From the NCBI RefSeq assembly GCF_001194135.2, contig NC_068990.1, forward strand, positions 84,596,325 to 84,642,192: a stretch of 45,868 nt of DNA, written 5' to 3'. The stretch comes from Octopus bimaculoides (lineage: Eukaryota). A program made the translations under genes and the position numbers. A model generated the notes under the pieces. The model was not told where the DNA came from, made no database searches, and worked only from the letters and a program-made list of their open reading frames with translations. Below are positions 37,682-45,868 of the stretch, in pieces (the first letter of the stretch is position 1; every line of letters begins with the position of its first letter).

Positions 37682-38660
37682 ATGACATCTGGTGTACCAC
37701 AGGGATCCGTCCTTGGTCCTCTGTTGTTTGTTGCATATATTAATGACAACTTGAAGAATGTTATAGTGTTGAAATATCCTTTCTACTAAAGGCAAGAGGT
37801 ACTTATTTCATCGATCCCGAAAGGATGAAAGGCAAAGTCCACCTCGGCGGAATTTGAACTCAGAACGTAAAGACAGACGAAATACCACTAAATATTTTTC
37901 CTGGCGTGCTAACAATTCTGCCAGCTCGCCGCCTTGTTATAGTATTGAAATATGCAGATGACATCAAGTTATACCTTAGATACGATGCAGCAATGGATTA
38001 TCGACTGACAAATCAAGCTGGCTGTAAACAAGTGTGCTACCATGCATTTTGGGAGGAAAAACTCAGTTTTTACATACTCCCTGAACAGCACCAATCTTAA
38101 GAAATGTTAGTGAACGTGACCTGGGTTTATAAACAGCGATTTGCGTTGAACAAATCACATCTCTAAAATTGTCAAGAAGGTTGAGGGTGTTTTAGAAGCA
38201 TTCAATAAGATCTTTGTCAGCCGCTCTCCAGCTATATTTTTAAAGGCGTATATGGTTATGGTGCATCCACACTTAGAATTTGCATCACCAATCTGGAACC
38301 CCTCTCTTACTAGGCATATCAACCTGCTAGAAAGTGTTCAGAAATGCGCAACCAGATGAATATCCGCAATCAGATATCTACCATACTCTGAACGTCTTGC
38401 TTTTCTGGGCATGGACATATTAAAGCTCCAACGTCTGATTTGATAGACATCCACAAGATTGTCTACCATCTTTCTTACAACAACCTGGAGCACCTTTTTG
38501 AATTCCATATGACTATCATTCGTGGACATGCTTACAAAATCAAAAAACAACACAGCATCTATGAGTTTCGGAAACACTTTTTCGCGCTCAGAATTTCTGA
38601 AGCATAGAATAAACTACTCGCATCAATTGCTGGCTGTCGGGACACAGCATACTTCCTGAA
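37682..38660 (+). mobile_element. Degenerate CR1-clade LINE ORF2 fragment (RT and C-terminus)
   Basis: SGVPQGSVLGPLLF..YIND, KYADDIKLY, then with frameshifts NKCATMHFG, HPHLEFASPIWNP, LESVQKCATR, YSERLAFLG, RGHAYKI, RKHFF..RI. Stops and frameshifts are present. Confidence 0.92.
37778..37935 (-). mobile_element. SINE family B inserted in the CR1 RT, with an 18-bp TSD
   Basis: GTTATAGTGTTGAAATAT (37760-37777) / GTTATAGTATTGAAATAT (37936-37953). Confidence 0.9.
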
Positions 38661-39079
38661 ATTCGCCAACAGTAGAGTTGATGCTCCCCACCCCATTTTT
38701 TTTGTTTCTCACGTTTTATTCACTTTTCACTTCTTGTGCATATTCTATGTATTGTTCTTGAAGTTTTGGTTACTTCTTCTGTTGAGCTGTAGTGCATTGT
38801 AGTACTTTGTACAATATGTTCATTAGTATTATTAAATGGCAGGTGCTGAAATTGTGTCGGTCGGTAGCTGACAAAATGATCCACATCAGAAGTAAATTAT
38901 CAGAGTGATTTCATTTTTGGTATACATTATATGATTAACGACGAGAAAATCTATTTTTAGAGGAGTTTTTTTTTTTCACATCTTAATTTCTTTAATATAA
39001 TAATCACATATCACATATCATGCACATATCTCTTTCGTTCCGTTAGGTTCGTCTTAATCAGGCATGGACTACTAAAATG

Positions 39080-40089
39080 TGTAAGAACGACCGTGCGAAC
39101 CAAAGGAGAAATGGTGACGAATGGAAAACAGGCTCCTTTTTAACGCGTCACACGGTCGACACAAAATATAATATGATATTTGTTATAATACTATAACATA
39201 GAGAACTAAGAAGTTTGCCAGGAAGGACAAGATAGGAACGCAACCGATAAAGATGAATAACAGTAAGATTTATTGGGGCATTAAACTGCATGTCTGTGTG
39301 TGAGTGAATGCGACATAATAAAACACAATATAAGACGGGCCGTCATGTAAACAGAAGAGTGTGTATACAAATATATGTATGTGAATGTAAGAGATACAGA
39401 GGATAGAAAGGAGTCAGTAACACCAGTTCTGTTAAGGTACACAGTAGTTAGAAGGTCTGAATGAATGAGGTTAAGGCGTTGGGGCAGAGCTAAGTCACTT
39501 GTCGTGCAGTTGAGGCTTCGATGCCGGACCGGATTCTTGATACAGATGTTCTTCGCAGGTTGAGTCCTGGCTGTTAATTTCGTGGTGAGCCGATTCACAC
39601 AAATAGGGTTGAGAAGAGAAGCTGCGGTTGCTGTTTGGTAGCTTGTGTACTTAGAGTCGTGTTGACGCTGGCGACGATGCTTTTAGTACGTAGTTGAACG
39701 ATGCTGTTGATGTCGTCGCTGAAAACTGGCTGGCTGTGTTACGCGTGTGGTCAACGACCAGATCTGTGAGGATCTGTAGCCGCGACGAACTGGCGCGGAT
39801 AATTTAGGCTATTTATAGGNNNNNNNNNNGTAGCCGCGACGAACTGGCGCGGATAATTTAGGCTATTTATAGGTACAGATAGGCTCCAGAGAGCATCATA
39901 AAAACACTCTCTCACGTGACCTTATTAGCGGCTACGGTTGGTCGGTTTGCGTCCTGCGGCGAACGGACTGGAGACAATTGCCGCGAAAATAAAAGTCAGT
40001 CAGGTGATGACAGCAAGGCGGGAAAGAGTTGTTCTCTGCTACGCTCGCATTTGTAAATATATAACCGTGAGAGAGGTGGTTTCACTACA
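39080..40089 (-). mobile_element. Probable solo LTR (Gypsy-like by its 4-bp TSD)
   Basis: TGTAAG...ACTACA termini flanked by AATG/AATG. On the minus strand: TATAAATA (39864-39871, duplicated at 39810-39817 across the gap) and AATAAA (39269-39274). CpG-rich, with no internal coding domains. Confidence 0.7.
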
Positions 40090-40941
40090 AATGTTTAGGG
40101 TAATTCTTTTGTTTAGTGTGCCATTCAGAAAGTCACGCAGGTTGCAGTTTGTCCATAAATTGTCTAAATGTTGTTGCAGAAAAGTGAATACATTCATTTT
40201 TTTTTTTTTTTTTACCTCACCAAATAGGTTGTTCGAAATTTTATCATATCTATGAATTCGTTTCTACACAGAATAAAAATAATTCGTTACGAGCCAACGA
40301 TGGAACCTCTATATAGTTGCTTGACTTGCTAGAAATTGAAACCAAATCTCCCTCAGATCACACTACTTGCCGCCGTAAACAAAGAAGGACCTCCTAGGTA
40401 ATATGTCAATGACCGCCCCCAAAAGCTCGGGATAGTCACGGCTGGAATGCTTTTGATGATAGGTGTGCTTGACAGTGAAAATGTTTTAAATACCTTAATA
40501 TTTGTTAATCTGTAGGCCTTTGTCTCAAATACTTTTAAAACAAAAACATTTAAGTTAGGTTCTTCGTAATTAGAATCAGCAATTGCGATTTTAAAAATAC
40601 TGAAATCAACACCAGCAGGATAGACATGATCGAGGAAGGAATTCCAAAAGCTGTTGTTCTGTAAAGGAAGGAAAAGGATAGTGGTTGGTGAAGTGTTTGT
40701 GGCGGTTGGTACAAGGGTAATTATAGGAGAGACCAGCGGGTCGAGTATACCTGAGTGGCTATCAGGAGTAGAGACCATTATACTAAGAACTGTTAATGGA
40801 TAAAAAAAAATCGAGGATCGTCGTTAACAACGGCGTAGCTGAATTGAAGCTGAGTAACAAGACCTAATTATTTTCAGTTCTTCATCGATTTCTTCAGTTC
40901 AATAATTATAGCGATAGGAAAGAAATAAAACATCCGTATCC

Positions 40942-41310
40942 GAATATATATAAGGCAGGATGTGTGTGTGTGTACGTGAATGTAGTTTATGCACGTCCAC
41001 AAATTAGCACGCATGTCGCTCCAATTTTAGGAGGAGATTCGGAATGACCCTATGTGCGTTTTCGTCAACTTTCTCTCTCAGAGGTACCCGCATATACCTG
41101 TAAAAATCGATTTTCAACCATAACTTTTACCAATTTCGAAGTTTGCGCCTGAAGGAGAGAGAGAGAAATTGTATGTTTGTGAGAGGGAGGGTGAAGGAGA
41201 GATACAGTTTGTTTGCCAGCTCTAACAGCGTCTTAACAGTTGTGTGGTAAGCAGCAAACAACAGGCAAAAAGAAAAAAACGCAGCGAACAACAAGCAAAA
41301 AGAAAAAAAT
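40942..41310 (+). mobile_element. Possible non-autonomous Helitron-like 5' end running into a gap
   Basis: TC..ATATATATAA start followed by (GT)n, a layout typical of non-autonomous Helitrons. The 3' CTRR/hairpin is not visible. Confidence 0.3.
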
Positions 41311-41678
41311 NNNNNNNNNNNNNNNNNNNNNNNNNNNNNNNNNNNNNNNNNNNNNNNNNNNNNNNNNNNNNNNNNNNNNNNNNNNNNNNNNNNNNNNNNN
41401 NNNNNNNNNNNNNNNNNNNNNNNNNNNNNNNNNNNNNNNNNNNNNNNNNNNNNNNNNNNNNNNNNNNNNNNNNNNNNNNNNNNNNNNNNNNNNNNNNNNN
41501 NNNNNNNNNNNNNNNNNNNNNNNNNNNNNNNNNNNNNNNNNNNNNNNNNNNNNNNNNNNNNNNNNNNNNNNNNNNNNNNNNNNNNNNNNNNNNNNNNNNN
41601 NNNNNNNNNNNNNNNNNNNNNNNNNNNNNNNNNNNNNNNNNNNNNNNNNNNNNNNNNNNNNNNNNNNNNNNNNNNNNN

Positions 41679-41987
41679 TGGAAGCCTAGTACTTATTCTA
41701 TCAGTCTCTTTTGCCGAACCGCTAAGTTACGGGGATGTAAACACACCACCATCGGTTGTCAAGTGATGGTGGGGGGACAAACACAGACACACAAACACAC
41801 ATACATATATATATACATATATACGACGGGCTTCTTTCAGTTTCCGTCTACCAAATCCACTCACAAGGCTTTGGTCGGCCTGAGGCTATAGTAGAAGACA
41901 CTTGCCCAAGGTGCCACGCAGTGGGACTGAACTCGGAACCATGTGGTTGGTAAGCAAGTTACTTACCACACAGCCACTCCTGTGCCT
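41679..41987 (-). mobile_element. SINE family A (CpG-retaining copy)
   Basis: Reverse complement of family A; many CpGs retained. Confidence 0.85.
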
Positions 41988-44046
41988 AAATACTATCCTC
42001 TAATAATTGGTCCTAATTTAGATACAAAGGCCGCAATTTTAAGAGGAGGGGTTCTTAGTCCATACCATTGACTTGTGTACTTCGTTTTATCAACCCCAAA
42101 AGGATGAAAATCAAGGTTGACCTCTGCTGGATTTTAAGAGAACGAAAGGAATACTGCAAGGCGTTGTTTCTGTCACACTAACAATTATGGTAATTTATCG
42201 CCCTGTTGCACTATAATAATGATGGAAACAAAAATTCATGCTTTTTTTTTCCTTGACATATATAAATAATCAGCGTTCAGTAAGTTTCAAAGAAAATGCT
42301 GGATAGATTTCAATACATCGTTTCAGTTACTTTTACGATGTATACTTTTCAACAGAGATACGTATAATGGTTTCGTAGATTAGGCCACTAGTTCATTATG
42401 AATGAATCTACTTCATTGAGCGAGTCACATAATCCAACTAACCTCGACCTACAAGAAAGAGAAAATTATGTGGATGAGTTACCAGGTAAACTAAGTAAAC
42501 CTGGCTGCCTCCTTTACGCGCACCATAAAAGCAATTTGATCCCTACACAAAGCTTTTATTATAATTTAGAGTTAATGAAACATATATCTACATATGTATA
42601 AAAAAACAAAAAGTTTTATTTTCTCATTACTCTGGAAACTTTTACATAAACCTTTTATAATAAGCAAAGAGAAAAGAATCATCCAAATGATAATTTAAAA
42701 ACAACAGCACTGAAATAAAATCTTTTGCTAATATATCATCTTCGAATGTATAAAACATTGGTAGTAAGTGGGTAAGGTTTATAACAAGAAGTGGGTGAGG
42801 GTTTCACCTATATTATTTTACCTCTCATGGGAAGAATACATTTTATTTGTTAAAGATTATAAATAAGGAAATAAAGATAACAAAAGAATCCCAAACAACA
42901 CGTACAATCAACTGTAGGTCATATTATGACCTAGTCCACCTTTCCTGCTTCCGTTACGGTCCCCACCAGATTCTACAGGTTGTATGTGATCGCACAGTCT
43001 GCTAGAAATAGTAGCAAAATTTCTCTGAAATTAGACTCAGCCATCTTAAAAAGAGAAGAACATTGGATAATGTGATCCTTATCAATGAGTTTGGTGCTGC
43101 ATAGATCTGCTTTACCAAAAGGCAATCAGATGTGCTGAAACCAAGCATCGAGATGTTGTCTAGATGCTATGTTAGAGAAACATTAAACAATGTGATTGTT
43201 ATGAGTAAATTACTGTTCAACCATAGGTCTAGTTGATCAGAGCTGACCTACAGCTAAACAACAGCAGCAAAGGTACAGAAATAGTATGGACAATGGAGAG
43301 AACACATGTCTATATGGTTATGGTCACACTTCACCCTATATGATTTATATTCACATGTTAGAGCAGGCAGTATGACCATCGTTTTAGCAGAGAGGCTGCA
43401 CAGCTCGTATTATCAGGAATTATAGCATACATGCAAAAATTATAATTTAACCTTCATCAAATTTCTTGGTGCTTATGCAAAATTATGACATGAATATTAA
43501 TTTTCAAAAGAAAACATTTATTACCTTAAAATTAAATAAAGCAAATTTCTTATTTGTGTAACTCCTCTCTTTACTATATTGTCTCTACGACGTTTTCTCT
43601 CACTCTGTGTGCGTGTGTTTTCCTTTATCCATTGTCTGCCACCAAGCCTCGTATATGCATTCATCCTGTGCATCTTTTGTTAACTCTCTCTGTATCTCTC
43701 TTTTACGCTCTGTCTCCCCATTCTCTCTATATGATGGAAAGCATGACTGGAGAAATCAACCAACCAGCCAACCAAGATTTATATTGGCTATTATTATATA
43801 GAGACTGCCAGAAATATTAGCGCATCAGACAAAATGCCTTGTGATATTTATTCACTTCCTTTACTTCTAGGTTCAAATACCACCAAGGTCAACTTTGCTT
43901 TTTATCTTTCTCAGGTCACTGGAGTCAAAATAATTGATCGTTCCCACCCAACAAATTTCTAGCCTTGAGTTTGTGTTATTAATTATTATTGTTATTAAAG
44001 CTGAAAACTTACTCAAAGATGACTGGAAGGAGCAGAATTTGTGCAT

Positions 44047-44300
44047 ATCATCATCATCGTTTAACGTCCGCCTTCCATGCTAGCATGGGTTGGACGATTT
44101 GACTGAGGACTGGTGAAACCGGATGGCAACACCAGGCTCCAATCTAATTTGGCAGAGTTTCTACAGCTGGATGCCCTTCCTAACGCCAACCACTCAGAGA
44201 GTGTAGTGGGTGCTTTTACGTGTCACCCGCACGAAAACGGCCACGCTCGAAATGGTGTCTTTTATGTGCCACCCACACAAGAGCCAGTCCAGGGGCACCG
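44047..44300 (-). mobile_element. RTE-type 3' end (LINE or partner SINE)
   Basis: Minus strand reads GGTTGGCGTTAGGAAGGGCATCCAGCTGTAG...CATGCTAGCATGGAAGGCGGACGTTAAAC(GAT)n. Family assignment is from memory. Confidence 0.55.
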
Positions 44301-45189
44301 GCATATATGTATTTGAATTCTACCTGGAGATTGCACATGGGAATGTACACGTAATCAGAGTAGATGATTGAGATCCTGATCTGTTGNNNNNNNNNNNNNN
44401 NNNNNNNNNNNNNNNNNNNNNNNNNNNNNNNNNNNNNNNNNNNNNNNNNNNNNNNNNNNNNNNNNNNNNNNNNNNNNNNNNNNNNNNNNNNNNNNNNNNN
44501 NNNNNNNNNNNNNNNNNNNNNNNNNNNNNNNNNNNNNNNNNNNNNNNNNNNNNNNNNNNNNNNNNNNNNNNNNNNNNNNNNNNNNNNNNNNNNNNNNNNN
44601 NNNNNNNNNNNNNNNNNNNNNNNNNNNNNNNNNNNNNNNNNNNNNNNNNNNNNNNNNNNNNNNNNNNNNNNNNNNNNNNNNNNNNNNNNNNNNNNNNNNN
44701 NNNNNNNNNNNNNNNNNNNNNNNNNNNNNNNNNNNNNNNNNNNNNNNNNNNNNNNNNNNNNNNNNNNNNNNNNNNNNNNNNNNNNNNNNNNNNNNNNNNN
44801 NNNNNNNNNNNNNNNNNNNNNNNNNNNNNNNNNNNNNNNNNNNNNNNNNNNNNNNNNNNNNNNNNNNNNNNNNNNNNNNNNNNNNNNNNNNNNNNNNNNN
44901 NNNNNNNNNNNNNNNNNNNNNNNNNNNNNNNNNNNNNNNNNNNNNNNNNNNNNNNNNNNNNNNNNNNNNNNNNNNNNNNNNNNNNNNNNNNNNNNNNNNN
45001 NNNNNNNNNNNNNNNNNNNNNNNNNNNNNNNNNNNNNNNNNNNNNNNNNNNNNNNNNNNNNNNNNNNNNNNNNNNNNNNNNNNNNNNNNNNNNNNNNNNN
45101 NNNNNNNNNNNNNNNNNNNNNNNNNNNNNNNNNNNNNNNNNNNNNNNNNNNNNNNNNNNNNNNNNNNNNNNNNNNNNNNNNNNNNNNNN

Positions 45190-45360
45190 CAAAACATTTC
45201 ATGTGTCACCCGCACAAGAGCCAGTCCAAGGTCACTGGCAACGATCTCGCTCAAAACATTTCATGTGTCACCCGCACAAGAGCCAGTCCAAGGTCACTGG
45301 CAACGATCTCGCTCGAAGGATTTCATGTGTTGCCCGCACATGAGCCAGTCCAGGGGCACC
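45190..45360. repeat. 62-bp minisatellite (at least 2.7 copies, continuing into the gap)
   Basis: Unit CAAAACATTTCATGTGTCACCCGCACAAGAGCCAGTCCAAGGTCACTGGCAACGATCTCGCT starts at 45190 and 45252, with a diverged copy at 45314. Confidence 0.9.
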
Positions 45361-45868
45361 GGCATATATGTATTTGAATTCTACCTGGAGATTGCACATG
45401 GGAATGTACACGTAATCAGAGTAGATGATTGAGATCCTGATCTGTTGTGGTATGTTTGTGATCCCTATCTGTTGTATTACATTTTTGTCCCTCCTCCATC
45501 TGTTGTATAAGTACAACACTTGTAACCATTTTCTACAAAACATTTAGTGTGTGTGTGTGCTTGTGAGAGGGAGAGAGAGATACCTGTAGCCAAATAAAGA
45601 AAGGATTATCATTATTATTATTATTATTATTATTTTATGTTTGACTTTTGTTTTGCATTTGTACAAGTTGGATCCAAGTCTCACCCAGAGACCTCAAGAG
45701 ACAACAAGTTAGAAGTTCATGTAGGTGTTATGCCTAGGGTACCATATATTTGGATTTGTACAGTTTTGTTCAAGTGAATGTTTAAGAAACCATAAGAAAA
45801 TTATGTTTGCTTTAAAATTTGAGATCACAAAGACAGTATTTTACGTAGGATATGGGCAGTTCCCATGA

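Noticed and set aside
39776-39873. 44-bp direct repeat containing a TATA box
   Set aside because: The two identical copies flank a 10-N gap, typical of an unmerged contig overlap.
44216-45377. Long ORFs of 290-337 aa (also those at 1776-2444, 12815-13433 and 41240-41891)
   Set aside because: They consist mostly of N-gap (X) residues.

Overview
AT-rich, microsatellite- and SINE-dense eukaryotic scaffold with 6 N-gaps. The repeat families look like those of an Octopus genome (inference from memory of repeat sequences). The only protein-coding gene I can identify is fringe (O-fucose beta-1,3-GlcNAc transferase, a Notch modifier) on the minus strand. One large first coding exon (31784/31700 to 30870) encodes the TM anchor, a ~215-aa stem with an RKRR convertase-like site, and the start of the catalytic domain (DIFISVKTT...TWFQ), ending at a phase-0 GT donor. 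I recognised no later fringe exons in the 30.8 kb downstream. The rest is intronic/intergenic and mobile-element rich: two abundant tRNA-type SINE families (one forms a 7-copy head-to-tail array), several hAT-type MITEs (three with perfect 8-bp TSDs), a piggyBac-type MITE, a TA-flanked MITE with 83-bp TIRs, a ~330-bp foldback element, CR1 and Tx1 LINE fragments, a probable solo LTR, and 20-bp and 62-bp minisatellites. The best leads are regulatory: a DR1 nuclear-receptor element, an NRF1-like site and a CSL-motif cluster upstream of fringe; an LTR promoter facing fringe; and a sharp CpG-depletion boundary near 21 kb hinting at a second, nested transcription unit. I found no evidence for a novel self-contained system such as CRISPR or an unknown multi-gene cassette. 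All non-fringe interpretations need database or expression checks.
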